This document shows positions 9,350 to 19,536 of a DNA stretch of 64,000 bases, in pieces. A program made the translations under genes and the position numbers. Below the pieces are notes generated by a model. The model ran no database searches. It was not told the origin of the DNA and saw nothing but the letters and a program-made list of their open reading frames with translations. This stretch comes from Chondrinema litorale (lineage in GTDB: Bacteria; Bacteroidota; Bacteroidia; Cytophagales; Flammeovirgaceae): positions 1,289,421 through 1,353,420 of the forward strand of contig NZ_CP111043.1 of NCBI RefSeq assembly GCF_026250525.1, in the 5' to 3' direction. Positions within the stretch are counted from its first letter, which is position 1; each line of letters opens with the position of its first letter.

Positions 9350-10303
9350 TTAGGTTTTAATTAGCGCTACTTCACCTGTTCGATTGTTAAATACCATTTG
9401 CTGCACGGTAATACCCATTTTTATATTCTCATCACTTAAAACCTGAATGCATTCTCTAAAACTCAGGTCCTGCTCACTGCTTAGTAGCAAAGTAGCTCTA
9501 TCGAACCTACCACAAGAAGTACTTTGCAGAATACTATCGTCTGTTTCGTTGTTTTGCAGCTTTTTATAATCGTTGGTAACTACTATATAGCCTTTGCCCG
9601 ACTCAGGTACTCTGGTTGCAAACCGGCTTGGCGTTCTTTCGATTACTGCCATTTCTCCTACATTAACTCCAGAAAGTAAGAGCAGACAGTCACTCACAAT
9701 TATGGTTGCTTCTAGCTGCCTTTTTGCTTCATTAAAAGACTCAGCACTATCTAAAACATCTCGCAGTAAAAATGAGATTGGCATTGCTACTTCTGGTGAA
9801 TCGTTGCTCAATACCGCATTTAATGTTACCGAAAACTTACCGGGTTTTGTACCAGACAGAGCACCTACAAAGCCTGCCCAGCCTACCGTCTTGTAAACTG
9901 TTTTACCACCTCGCTGAAAGTTAAAAATTTTAGAATGGGTAGATAATAAATTGTTTTCGGTATGCCAGTCTAAATTTCTAGCATGCACAACCGTATCTGC
10001 ATTGTTAAAAGCAAAAGCGGTACAGCCAAAATAAAACTTAAGTACATCGTAATACAAATTGGCAATTAGTATCTGGTCTGCGGAGTATTTAGAAATTGAA
10101 GCAATAAAATCAATTTCTTCTAGGTAAGATGTGGGGATTAATTGCTGTTTGTACAAACCGATAATGTCGAAAATGCTTGTTTCACCAGCAAGATCACTCA
10201 AATAACATTCGATTAGCTCATCAATCTCAGCGGCGTGATTCTTTAAAAAAGCCCATCTTTCGCTAGCAGGTAAATCGAGATTTACAATATATTCTTTTTC
10301 CAT
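9350..10303 (-). CDS. Ntn-hydrolase of the acid ceramidase/NAAA/choloylglycine hydrolase family
   Basis: Cys-Thr nucleophile context (FGCTAFAF), RNLDW motif, about 317 aa, no signal peptide. Confidence 0.55.
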   Translation of the reverse strand: MEKEYIVNLDLPASERWAFLKNHAAEIDELIECYLSDLAGETSIFDIIGLYKQQLIPTSYLEEIDFIASISKYSADQILIANLYYDVLKFYFGCTAFAFNNADTVVHARNLDWHTENNLLSTHSKIFNFQRGGKTVYKTVGWAGFVGALSGTKPGKFSVTLNAVLSNDSPEVAMPISFLLRDVLDSAESFNEAKRQLEATIIVSDCLLLLSGVNVGEMAVIERTPSRFATRVPESGKGYIVVTNDYKKLQNNETDDSILQSTSCGRFDRATLLLSSEQDLSFRECIQVLSDENIKMGITVQQMVFNNRTGEVALIKT

Positions 10304-10473
10304 ATTCGATAGCTGATTAATGTATCAAGAGTTTTATGAAATAAATTCCACAAACCCTTAAACACCCTAAATATGGTTAAAAATAAGCTTTTTTGATAAT
10401 TTTATAACCTTCTATTTCCTGATTTAATAAGTGAAATCTGCGATTAAAGCTTTTAAAAGGCATTTTATTAACC

Positions 10474-11298
10474 TCAGCTCTTTTTATGCTTATCCATTAA
10501 GTTGATATTATGCATCACACCCAACCATAAAACATTATAGCTATTGTAGTTTGATACATTACTTGTACTCACCAACTGATGCATATAAGTAAAATACACC
10601 GATAGATTTTTAGAAAAACTCATAGATGGCCCCACTATAATTCTATTCTTATCAAACACATTGGTTACCACTTCTTTGCCTGCATTGAGAAAAATCTCGT
10701 CTCCGATCTTAAGCGAAAGCCTTTTACTAGGATTATCCTCAGAAAAATTTACCAAGGGAATTTTAAACATAATTCTGTATCGGAAGCGGAAATTAAAACT
10801 GGTTTCATCATCTAACAACTCTGTTTGATTCACCAACTTTCGAAAGCGATGCTCTAACCTAAACCGATGGACTGTTCCTACTTTGCCATAAGCAATTTTA
10901 GCACTCACTTCTTGATATGGCCGCAATTCAATTTTATTCATGCACTCAGAATTATAGAAACCCAAATTGGCTACACCTAAAACAAATTTCACCTGTGGAT
11001 TAAGGTTATAACCGATACCTGTTCTGAGAATATACATGGATTTTGATTGCAGGCGATCTTCTAAAAACAAACCACCATCTGACAACCAACTCCATCTTTC
11101 TGAAAACCTGATATTGTTAAAATATTGGAACCACTGCTGATGATAAGTTTCTATAGTTTTAACCTGAGCCAAACTAGAAAAGCTAAGAAACAGCAACATA
11201 AAAGCTATAGGTAGTTTTATGTAAGCCTGATGTTTCGGTGTATTTTCTGGTGGTAAATTGATGAGTGTCATTGTCATAATTTTGGAGCTGAGTTGCAT
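10474..11298 (-). CDS. outer membrane protein (DUF2490-like)
   Basis: Signal peptide. Alternating aromatic beta-strand pattern ending in aromatic residues. Confidence 0.4.
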   Translation of the reverse strand: MQLSSKIMTMTLINLPPENTPKHQAYIKLPIAFMLLFLSFSSLAQVKTIETYHQQWFQYFNNIRFSERWSWLSDGGLFLEDRLQSKSMYILRTGIGYNLNPQVKFVLGVANLGFYNSECMNKIELRPYQEVSAKIAYGKVGTVHRFRLEHRFRKLVNQTELLDDETSFNFRFRYRIMFKIPLVNFSEDNPSKRLSLKIGDEIFLNAGKEVVTNVFDKNRIIVGPSMSFSKNLSVYFTYMHQLVSTSNVSNYNSYNVLWLGVMHNINLMDKHKKS

Positions 11299-11583
11299 CG
11301 ATTAACCAAATCGCATCATTATGACGAAAAATAGAATACACCTATTCTTTTATAGATAGTCTGGGGTAATTGAGGTGAGTTAATTCTACTCAAAGATTTT
11401 TTAAAGAAATGCCCACCTTTAACAAGCAGGCATTTCCATATTAATAGTATATTCTTTTTCCAAATGTGATAGCTGATTTGATATGGAAAAAGTAACTGTG
11501 GAAATAAGATTTTTAAATGATTTATGATGTTAAAATAACTGTTTAATATCAGGTTTTGAAAACATCACTATCATTAAATCTCA

Positions 11584-12741
11584 TCAAAAATGTTGGTTTT
11601 CATCTGGTCCTGGATCGGCGTACGCAGGGTCTATTGCCCGAATGTAAATTTCTCCATTTTCCAGCACCTTCACATCAAGCGGCACTATGGTAGTTCCTCT
11701 TTGGTTAATGGTTTGAGCAGTTTCAGATAAATCTTTGCTTTCTACTCCATCCCTATCCACAGGAGGAATATCGCCATTAAAAAATGCTGTACACCACCAT
11801 TTACCATCACGTGTTTGGAATGGCGTTCCATGTCCCAAGAAGCGACCAACAAATTTTCTTGGTCCATATTTACCTGTAATTTCATCAGCCACACAATAGT
11901 ACAAATTGTAAGAACCTTTGCGCATTTTATCTGTAGACCAAGCGGTTCCAAATGAAACATACTTGCCACCTATTTTGCGCATAGTTGCTCCTTCGTGACC
12001 AATTCGGGTAATGGTTTCTCCTTGCTTTTGCGGGTTTTGTCTTTCGCTAGCAGGCTCGATATAGTAAGGCTCTGTAGCCAATCCACTAAAATCGTCTTTA
12101 ATCTTAGCAATATAGGTATTGCCCCAAAGTGCATACCAAGTGCCATCGTCGTCTTTAAACAAAGAAGGATCGTGTTTTTCGTCGAAAGCCTCGCCCATAG
12201 GGTGTTTCCAAGGGCCTTTTACTTTAGCTCCTTTTGTAAAAGCCAAACTGCTCACCGCTGCCGGGCAATGTACCAAAGCCCATTTGTCTTTTACCCAGTG
12301 AATTTCGGGAGCCCAAATCACCTCTTCTTTAATCTCGTTCTTATCTTTTTTGTACTGATAAGAATCTTTTATTGTGAATGGCGTGCCCAGATATTCCCAA
12401 TCGATTAAGTCTTTGCTTCGCCAAAGCTGAACTTTTGAACCAACGATGCTTCCTTTAAAAAGCCCTTTGTTGTAAGGATCAGTTTTTTCTTTTGGATCAC
12501 CGGGGTTGGGTGTGGTACCAGTTAAATAGTAATAATCATCTGGCCCTAAGATAATGTAAGGGTCTCGTATCCAATGATCTTTAAGAAACAGTGCCTTGTC
12601 GTGAGACTTGAGACCTGCTTCAATTTCGGCTCGGGTGTTTACCGAAGCCACCGCTGCAAAAGCAACTTTTGCGGTTTGTTCTTGTGCATACGCTCCCTGT
12701 AAACACAAGGCAATAAGCACAGTGAAAATAATTGTTTTCAT
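11584..12741 (-). CDS. glycoside hydrolase family 43 (five-bladed beta-propeller), secreted
   Basis: Signal peptide, RDPYII Asp-base motif, WAPE motif, HEGA acid motif. Confidence 0.7.
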   Translation of the reverse strand: MKTIIFTVLIALCLQGAYAQEQTAKVAFAAVASVNTRAEIEAGLKSHDKALFLKDHWIRDPYIILGPDDYYYLTGTTPNPGDPKEKTDPYNKGLFKGSIVGSKVQLWRSKDLIDWEYLGTPFTIKDSYQYKKDKNEIKEEVIWAPEIHWVKDKWALVHCPAAVSSLAFTKGAKVKGPWKHPMGEAFDEKHDPSLFKDDDGTWYALWGNTYIAKIKDDFSGLATEPYYIEPASERQNPQKQGETITRIGHEGATMRKIGGKYVSFGTAWSTDKMRKGSYNLYYCVADEITGKYGPRKFVGRFLGHGTPFQTRDGKWWCTAFFNGDIPPVDRDGVESKDLSETAQTINQRGTTIVPLDVKVLENGEIYIRAIDPAYADPGPDENQHF

Positions 12742-12863
12742 TTTTCTAGTAAATTAAGCTGTTAAAAATTTGTCTATTCAGACTGCGATTAAGTTAGCAA
12801 AATTTCGAACTTTTTAAAAATGTAGCCACTTTACACCAAATTCGTACAGCTCAATTACTAGCA

Positions 12864-13655
12864 TCAGTTTTTTACTGGTAAACCCAATAAGTACAATTTT
12901 TTAGACTTGCCTTTTATTACACCTTTTTCCCAAGTATAGTCCTCAGAATGAAGCCCTTCTAGCAAAACATCCATATCTTCTAATGTGTAAGTGCGACTGT
13001 TAGAAACAGCTCCATCCCAAGCAATAAAAATAGGCAGAAGTGGAATGAGGTAGGTAAAAACGATTTGCTTCCAATTCATCGGGCGAACCATGGGAGTTAT
13101 AAACAAAGTAGTAATAATATTTATCGGGATGGGTAACCACCACAGCCAAACCGGCGGAAAACTATTGTCGCTAATCTCAAACACACATATTGGTTGTCGG
13201 GCATCTTTGGCATCTTTTAAAATGCTTTTTGCCAGATCGGGTTTCATATGGTGCATGCTACAAATCATGGTTCTAATACCTTTATATTTTTCAGGTAAGT
13301 TTGTAGCATCGATGGGTTCTGTGAGGTAGGTAATGTCACTATCTCTTTGGCTGTTTATTTCTGTTGCAACATCTGTATTGGGGTACAAATCACTCAAATT
13401 CAGGCTAAGATCAGTTACTCCATGTTTCTCTTTTAGAATTTGAACTACCTCAGGCATTGGCCCGCCACCGCCAGAACACATATCTATTATTTTAGGAGAT
13501 TCACTATAGGGCAGTGTTTTGGCAATAAGTGAAGCCAATTCATCTGCCGAACCTAAAAGTTTATGAATGGCTACAATGTAGCGGGTCATGAGCATTCTGA
13601 GCCAATTGGGGAACCAAGACTGATCTTCAAATTCAAAAAGGTGTATTCTTTTCAT
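12864..13655 (-). CDS. putative SAM-dependent methyltransferase with C-terminal membrane segment
   Basis: Gly-rich motif I-like DMCSGGGGP. Hydrophobic C-terminus. Assignment is weak. Confidence 0.35.
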   Translation of the reverse strand: MKRIHLFEFEDQSWFPNWLRMLMTRYIVAIHKLLGSADELASLIAKTLPYSESPKIIDMCSGGGGPMPEVVQILKEKHGVTDLSLNLSDLYPNTDVATEINSQRDSDITYLTEPIDATNLPEKYKGIRTMICSMHHMKPDLAKSILKDAKDARQPICVFEISDNSFPPVWLWWLPIPINIITTLFITPMVRPMNWKQIVFTYLIPLLPIFIAWDGAVSNSRTYTLEDMDVLLEGLHSEDYTWEKGVIKGKSKKLYLLGLPVKN

Positions 13656-13795
13656 TTCCAGAGAGGTAAAAAAATATATTAGCTAATGAGAGGTTTGATA
13701 CAATCAATAAAAAACACTTTCTAGTAAGAATCTGATTTCTTAGAAATTGAAGTATTCTTTTTGTCCTTTTGACTTGATTCAAAAGAACGAAAAAA

Positions 13796-13938
13796 TCAAG
13801 ACTGTGGACAAATTCGCTAAATTTCCTCCATGATCACTAAAAAATCTGAAACAGCAGCGGCTGACGCTCACTTCGTTCAAACACCAGAATTTTTCACGTA
13901 ATCATTTCAAAAATTCTTAACGCAATTTGACCAAGGTC
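13796..13938. repeat. Copy B of the ~130-nt repeated element (copy A at 109..237), with a 15-16 nt insertion (AGCAGCGGCTGACGC)
   Basis: Direct alignment with 109..237. Degenerate similarity extends about 35 nt further left in both copies. Confidence 0.8.
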
Positions 13939-14019
13939 ACCCATTTAAGAAAATCATTTAGTGATATCAATTTATATCTAAAACATCACACTAAATATAA
14001 AAAATCCGGAAGTTTAATT

Positions 14020-14934
14020 TTAGAATTTTGACTTTATCTTAATTAACTCTCCTAACATTTTTGTGCGTGTTACATGCGATTGTAAGCCTAGTTTTTCTGC
14101 AATGCTCACAATTGCTAGATTTAAAGAATCAATCTCTGTTTCGCGATGATTGTTGATGTCTTGTAAGGTAGAAATTAACTGACCATCAGAACTTTTACTG
14201 ATAAATAACAAGCGTTCTTCTATTTTTTCTTGCGACAAGTTTATATTAGATGCTTTGGCTATTTGCAGACACTCTACTATAACTTCTTTAGCCAGCTGCA
14301 AAACATCATTATCTCGCTGAAAAATACCATTATCCACATTTAACAATGGACATATAGAATTAAAAACACAGTTAATAATTGTTTTTTGCCATGCTATTTT
14401 TTGAATGTTATCTACATCAGTAAAAGCAAAATTAGTTGTAGAAATCGCCTGTACAAGTTGTTGTAAATCTGTTTTTTTACTTTTTACACTACCTACTGTA
14501 GAAGCTGCTACTGGTTTATAACTGATTTCTGTTTCACTCAAACTCTCACTGGTAGCAAACAAAACACATCGATACAATTCTGGAAAGTCAGCATCAATAA
14601 AAGCTGCTTCAACCCCTAAGCCATTTTGCAAAATTACAAGTGGCGAACTACCAGTTTTGCCTTTTAATTTTTGAGCCATTGCCTCATTGCCATAGGCTTT
14701 TGTAGCCACTAAAATAATTCCGTCTAGCGCATCTACAAGGCTTAATGAGATAGACTTCACTTTTACTGGAGGAAGTTCTTCGCCTTTATAGCGGCAATTT
14801 ATAAGCGTGGTGGTTTCCGGAATATCGTCTTGGCTTGCTCTAAGCAAAACCACGTTTTTTTCTGCTAAAATGAGATTTACTGCAAGAGCCTTCCCGATTG
14901 CTCCAGCACCAAGAATGTAAATTGGGGTATTCAT
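14020..14934 (-). CDS. panE: 2-dehydropantoate 2-reductase (ketopantoate reductase, ApbA/PanE family)
   Basis: N-terminal Rossmann motif YILGAGAIGKALA. Size is about 304 aa and two-domain architecture is typical of PanE. Confidence 0.7.
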   Translation of the reverse strand: MNTPIYILGAGAIGKALAVNLILAEKNVVLLRASQDDIPETTTLINCRYKGEELPPVKVKSISLSLVDALDGIILVATKAYGNEAMAQKLKGKTGSSPLVILQNGLGVEAAFIDADFPELYRCVLFATSESLSETEISYKPVAASTVGSVKSKKTDLQQLVQAISTTNFAFTDVDNIQKIAWQKTIINCVFNSICPLLNVDNGIFQRDNDVLQLAKEVIVECLQIAKASNINLSQEKIEERLLFISKSSDGQLISTLQDINNHRETEIDSLNLAIVSIAEKLGLQSHVTRTKMLGELIKIKSKF

Positions 14935-15133
14935 GCCGGTAAGTAGTTAAATTTATCTTAAAAAATGATAGTCGAAATAGTCACTATATTAATGACACGC
15001 TATAGGAAGTTTTGGTTCGGTAGTTTTAAAATGAAGTCATTAATGAATTAAACATCCTAATTTTAAGCATAAAAAAGTTGACTTTATGTAAATTATACTT
15101 TACATTTAGTATTGTATACTTAACTTTTTTAAC

Positions 15134-15529
15134 ATGAAATATCAATTCCCCCTTACTTGGTTTAGAGGAAGCTTCTATTTAGGAATAGTTTTCTCAGTTT
15201 TTGCAATTTCTGCTATGATCTACGAATATTTTAATAATGATGAATGGAATATTCAAAGCCTTAATGGTCATCTAGCTTATGGTTTGCTATTTATATATTT
15301 TTCGGGTAAACCCATGGTAGATGAGCGTATCCGTTATTTAAAATTTAAAGGACTCACTACCGGATTTGTGATCTCATTTATTCTGGTAAATATCTTTAAC
15401 TACTTATATACCTACCCTGATGGTAACCAGCAAAATGCTATTTCTTCCTATCTTTTTGCCTTAATTTGCCTCATTATCTCATTTGTGTGTTTTTATGTAT
15501 TGAAACTGAAGGATGAAAAACCTGATTAA
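15134..15529 (+). CDS. membrane protein paired with an XRE regulator
   Basis: Four hydrophobic helices. Overlaps the downstream HTH gene by 17 nt. Confidence 0.5.
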   Translation: MKYQFPLTWFRGSFYLGIVFSVFAISAMIYEYFNNDEWNIQSLNGHLAYGLLFIYFSGKPMVDERIRYLKFKGLTTGFVISFILVNIFNYLYTYPDGNQQNAISSYLFALICLIISFVCFYVLKLKDEKPD

Positions 15530-15719
15530 AGTAGAGAGAGCTAGAAATAATTTATCACAAGCAAGTCTTGCCGAAAAAGTAAACGTAACACGACAAACAA
15601 TTCACGCTATTGAAAAAGGTAGATTTGTCCCTTCAACCATGCTAGCATTAAAAATATCAGTAGTCTTAAATATTAAAGTAGATGAACTTTTCGAGTTAGA
15701 AGAGTCTGATTGGGAATGA
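15513..15719 (+). CDS. XRE-family helix-turn-helix transcriptional regulator
   Basis: LSQASLAEKVNVTRQTIHAIEKG HTH_3 motif, 68 aa. Confidence 0.8.
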   Translation: MKNLIKVERARNNLSQASLAEKVNVTRQTIHAIEKGRFVPSTMLALKISVVLNIKVDELFELEESDWE

Positions 15720-15741
15720 GTACTTTCAATAAAAGTTAGAG

Positions 15742-16260
15742 TTAATATTCCAATTCCTCATCAGTAAGCTTAATCCCTAGAAAGTATTTCTTGAGCCATT
15801 CTTTCTCGCTGCCAAGGTAAAAGTTTTCTTCGTCGTTGTATATTGCTATAAAACCACCAGAGTTCATACTAAAATCGTAAGACTTGCCGCTCTTCATTTC
15901 TAGCTCGCCTTTAATATCACATGGGTAGTAATCGAATCGGTAGTGTATGTCTGAGGGATGTTGCCACTTCATGGCATCTAACACTTTGGAGAAGGTAAGT
16001 TCATCGGGATAATGCCAATCTATACAACCAGTAAAACCCTCATTATCAAATATGTAATCGTCTACATCTACATCTGTAACTGAGTCGGCAAGAAAATCTA
16101 TTGCCCAGAGGCTGTCTTGGCTAACGTATACTTCTTCTGGTATAGAATCGGACTGAGTGCCATTTAGATTCTCCAAATCGGCAAAATTGTCTGGAGATTT
16201 TTTGATTTCTGAACAAGCAAAAGCTGCAATTAGTAAAAAGGGGAAAATAAATTTATTCAT
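15742..16260 (-). CDS. lipoprotein, hypothetical
   Basis: Signal peptide with Cys lipobox (FACSE). Confidence 0.45.
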   Translation of the reverse strand: MNKFIFPFLLIAAFACSEIKKSPDNFADLENLNGTQSDSIPEEVYVSQDSLWAIDFLADSVTDVDVDDYIFDNEGFTGCIDWHYPDELTFSKVLDAMKWQHPSDIHYRFDYYPCDIKGELEMKSGKSYDFSMNSGGFIAIYNDEENFYLGSEKEWLKKYFLGIKLTDEELEY

Positions 16261-16274
16261 TTGTCTGGTAATAA

Positions 16275-16751
16275 CTAAGCTGGTATTTCTGCATCTGATT
16301 TTTTCAACTTAGGCCATAATTGGATAGTTCCAATGAGGTAAAGTGAACCAAATACGATGCAAATTAAAGAGCTAACGATCATAAATACCATTTTATCTGC
16401 CAGTTCCTGAAAGTATACATGGTCTGCAAAGAGCACAAGGGGGATTCCAGCCAAACCACGCAAAAGGTAAATAGCCGAAATTGTGAGCAAACCGACCTTT
16501 AATAGTGGTAAAGGTTTTATTAAACCTGCTCCAGAAAAACCATACATTGCCCAAATGGCAAATACTATTGTAATAAATGAGGTAACTATTACCGGATACC
16601 ATGCATTTTGCTCAGAAAGTTGCGCCATCTCCTCACCTGCCCCAAAAAATCGATACCAGTCTGCACCACCAATAATAATGGCAATATGCATAATTGAAAC
16701 AAGCGCACTACAAACTCCTCCTAAAAACAAAAAGCTATCTCTAATCTTCAT
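16275..16751 (-). CDS. integral membrane protein, hypothetical
   Basis: Four or five TM helices. Ends 10 nt inside the upstream HxlR gene. Confidence 0.45.
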   Translation of the reverse strand: MKIRDSFLFLGGVCSALVSIMHIAIIIGGADWYRFFGAGEEMAQLSEQNAWYPVIVTSFITIVFAIWAMYGFSGAGLIKPLPLLKVGLLTISAIYLLRGLAGIPLVLFADHVYFQELADKMVFMIVSSLICIVFGSLYLIGTIQLWPKLKKSDAEIPA

Positions 16752-17124
16752 AACTGTTTACTTTTCCCATAACAACTTGCCGGTGTGATTTACCCCATTC
16801 GGCTAACTCTCCAATCACTTTTTCAATCGTTTTGCCATGTTCGGTGATGTTGTATTCTACAGTTGGAGGAAAAGTATCTTTTACTGTTCGCTTAATCAAC
16901 TTATTTTCTTCGAGCTGTTTGAGCTCTTTAGAGAGAATTTTGTCGGTTATGGTCTGTAAGTCTCTGGATATTTGTTTAAACCGCTTTGTTTCGTTTAGAA
17001 GTGATATTAGAATTAATATTTTCCACTTGCCACTCAATACCTCTAAGGCATCGCGTACAGGCATTAAAACCACTTGGCAAGTTGCAAAATTACGCTCTTT
17101 GGGAAAATCTTTTTGTTCACACAT
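16741..17124 (-). CDS. HxlR-family winged-helix transcriptional regulator
   Basis: CPV...LEVLSGKWKILIL signature. Divergent from a DoxX gene. Confidence 0.75.
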   Translation of the reverse strand: MCEQKDFPKERNFATCQVVLMPVRDALEVLSGKWKILILISLLNETKRFKQISRDLQTITDKILSKELKQLEENKLIKRTVKDTFPPTVEYNITEHGKTIEKVIGELAEWGKSHRQVVMGKVNSYED

Positions 17125-17235
17125 AATGAATTCGCTTGTATACTTTCCTAAAGGATAGCACTATCCTTTAGGATATTAATATCTTTTGAATAGTAAATAT
17201 GCATAGGTTTGCATTGAATAAAAAATGATTCTGAC

Positions 17236-17604
17236 ATGAACGCAAAAAAAATTACCTACTGGATAAGTACCGGCATAGTAACACTAATGATGCTTTTTAG
17301 TGCATTTATGTACTTAAGCAGTGAAGAGATGGTAGCGAACTTTCAACACCTTGGTTTTCCACAATATTTTAGAGTAGAGCTGGCAATTGCCAAGTTTATT
17401 GGTGCTGCCATACTTATAATCCCGATGATTCCAGCAAAGTTTAAAGAATGGGCTTATGCAGGTTTCGCAATCGTTTTTATCTCAGCAGCTACAGCGCATA
17501 TTGCTAGCGGAGATGGCATTGCCGGAGGAATTGCACCAATTATTTTTCTAATAATACTAATTGTTTCTTATTCTACTAAACAAGAGGCTGTATCAGCTAG
17601 TTAA
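17236..17604 (+). CDS. DoxX family membrane protein
   Basis: 122 aa with four TM helices. Classic HxlR-DoxX divergent pair. Confidence 0.65.
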   Translation: MNAKKITYWISTGIVTLMMLFSAFMYLSSEEMVANFQHLGFPQYFRVELAIAKFIGAAILIIPMIPAKFKEWAYAGFAIVFISAATAHIASGDGIAGGIAPIIFLIILIVSYSTKQEAVSAS

Positions 17605-17682
17605 TATTATATTGGGGTGGCATTGTTTTAATAGATATTGTACTCTATCACAATTAGTCCCGGACAGTGTTGCCCTAATTTT

Positions 17683-18207
17683 TTATTTTTTCTGTTGATA
17701 CTCCTCCAAAGTAATCTCATAGTAAGCCTGTATACATCCGTATTGGAAACAATGGTGAATGTAGGTCATCCCGATTTTTTCCATTACTCTGCGAGAAGCC
17801 ATGTTTTCTGGATGCGCCGATGAAACCAGTTTTTTTAATCCCATAATTTCAAACCCGTATTTCAATAAACCAAAAGAAGCTTCGGTAGCATAACCTTTAT
17901 TCCAATGCTCTTTTAGCATTCGGTAGCCTATTTCTATCTCGGGAGTATCGTCGTAATAAACCAGACCACTGGCACCAATAAAAGTATTCGTTTCTTTGAG
18001 TACAGTTGCCCAAATACCCAAACCGGGTTTTCTGGTATAGTGAGAAATTAGCATTTCCAGTTCTTGTTTCATTTGCTCCTTGTTTCTCACTGAGCCATCT
18101 CCCACGTATTTCATAATTTCTGGGTCACTGTTCATTCTGAAAAGGTCATCAAAATCAGCAGGTACAATATGGCGAAGCTGTAATCTATCGGTTTCTAACA
18201 CTAGCAT
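17683..18207 (-). CDS. GNAT family N-acetyltransferase (RimJ/RimL-like)
   Basis: GNAT motif A region (IGYRMLKEHWNKGYATEA). Confidence 0.75.
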   Translation of the reverse strand: MLVLETDRLQLRHIVPADFDDLFRMNSDPEIMKYVGDGSVRNKEQMKQELEMLISHYTRKPGLGIWATVLKETNTFIGASGLVYYDDTPEIEIGYRMLKEHWNKGYATEASFGLLKYGFEIMGLKKLVSSAHPENMASRRVMEKIGMTYIHHCFQYGCIQAYYEITLEEYQQKK

Positions 18208-18279
18208 AATTACTCTATTTCTATTCTCAACTAAGCTAGTAAACTTGCCAAAAAACCACTATTAATCCATTAGTAAAAA

Positions 18280-19005
18280 TTAAATTTTCTCTGCAATTAC
18301 TGTCTGAAATCTACTTACAGGCTCGTTATAGCTAATTTTAAAGCCATGTTTTTGTAGCAAAGCAGCAACTTCTGTAGGAACAATTTTCACTTTTTGGTAG
18401 GTACTTACTTTTTGCTGCCAACCTTCTGGTGTTTTTTCGTAAAGTAAATCTGTTACTTGTACTTTATCTGGCAAATACTCCAAAATACAAGTGAGAATTC
18501 TATGCGCATCACTTTTTACTGGAATAAACCTTTGCACACCTTGCAGCTCAAAAGTATAATCTCTAAAAGAAAGTAAGAGTTTTCCTCCACTAGCTAATAT
18601 TTTTGCACAATCTGCTATCAAGGTTTCAATTTCGCTTTTATTAGCTAAATGCATAAGAGTATCTCCCCAGCATACAATGAGTGCGGGTTGTAAATCGGCA
18701 AAATTATTTACTGCTTTTATATCTCCTTCAACAATGTTTACTGGTAATTCTTTGGTGTGTTCTTTAAGCTCTTTCAGCAACTGGCTGTTAAAGTCTATAG
18801 CTGTTACCTTGTAACCTAGCTTTGCCAGTGCCACTGTTTGTATTCCATGCCCTGCACCCAAATCAATTGCTTTGTTATTTTGGCTTGGCAACAATGTATG
18901 GGCTTTAAGAAACTCTTTAAAAGCTTCCTTTTGTGCATTAAAATCGCCAGCCATCCACGAATAAAAATTTCCCAGATGTTTATCGTAATGTTCTTTTGCT
19001 GTCAT
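18280..19005 (-). CDS. class I SAM-dependent methyltransferase
   Basis: Motif I DLGAGHGIQTVALAKLGYKVTAIDFN. Confidence 0.75.
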   Translation of the reverse strand: MTAKEHYDKHLGNFYSWMAGDFNAQKEAFKEFLKAHTLLPSQNNKAIDLGAGHGIQTVALAKLGYKVTAIDFNSQLLKELKEHTKELPVNIVEGDIKAVNNFADLQPALIVCWGDTLMHLANKSEIETLIADCAKILASGGKLLLSFRDYTFELQGVQRFIPVKSDAHRILTCILEYLPDKVQVTDLLYEKTPEGWQQKVSTYQKVKIVPTEVAALLQKHGFKISYNEPVSRFQTVIAEKI

Positions 19006-19074
19006 AAAAATGAAATATTAAAAAATCATATTCTTAATATACAGTAATTCACAACAGTAAAAATATAAATCTTT

Positions 19075-19536
19075 TCAATTGCAGATTTCCTTTTCTATTC
19101 TTCTGGCCTCGAGCTCTAAAGGCCCATAGGGATAGCCAACTTCTATGCATTCTTTTAAATAGTATTTTAGAAAGCGCATTACATTTCCATAGCGCTCATA
19201 TTGCATGGTATGGGTAAGCTCATGCACTACCAAATTTCTTCTAAGCCAAAAATCTGACCTAATGTAAATACCATACCTAAAGGTAACTCCAATAGTATTG
19301 GGAGTTAGTAAACCTGTAGCGCTTACAGCTTCTCTTAATACAGGTATATTGGGTGTCGGAATTGTGTCTACTTCTAGCAGCCTTACTTTTTCTATTTGAT
19401 CAACTCCAATGAGATAAGCATCTATTTTAAGGTCGTCGGTAAGTGGTATACCATTTTGGATAATAAAGTCTTCTTGATTTCTTGCCCACTCGCTAGCCAT
19501 GGGCAAAAGACTGTCTAGTTCTTTTTTAGAGATCAT
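19075..19536 (-). CDS. small zincin-like protein with HExxH motif
   Basis: VVHELTHTMQYE motif. No signal peptide. Confidence 0.4.
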   Translation of the reverse strand: MISKKELDSLLPMASEWARNQEDFIIQNGIPLTDDLKIDAYLIGVDQIEKVRLLEVDTIPTPNIPVLREAVSATGLLTPNTIGVTFRYGIYIRSDFWLRRNLVVHELTHTMQYERYGNVMRFLKYYLKECIEVGYPYGPLELEARRIEKEICN

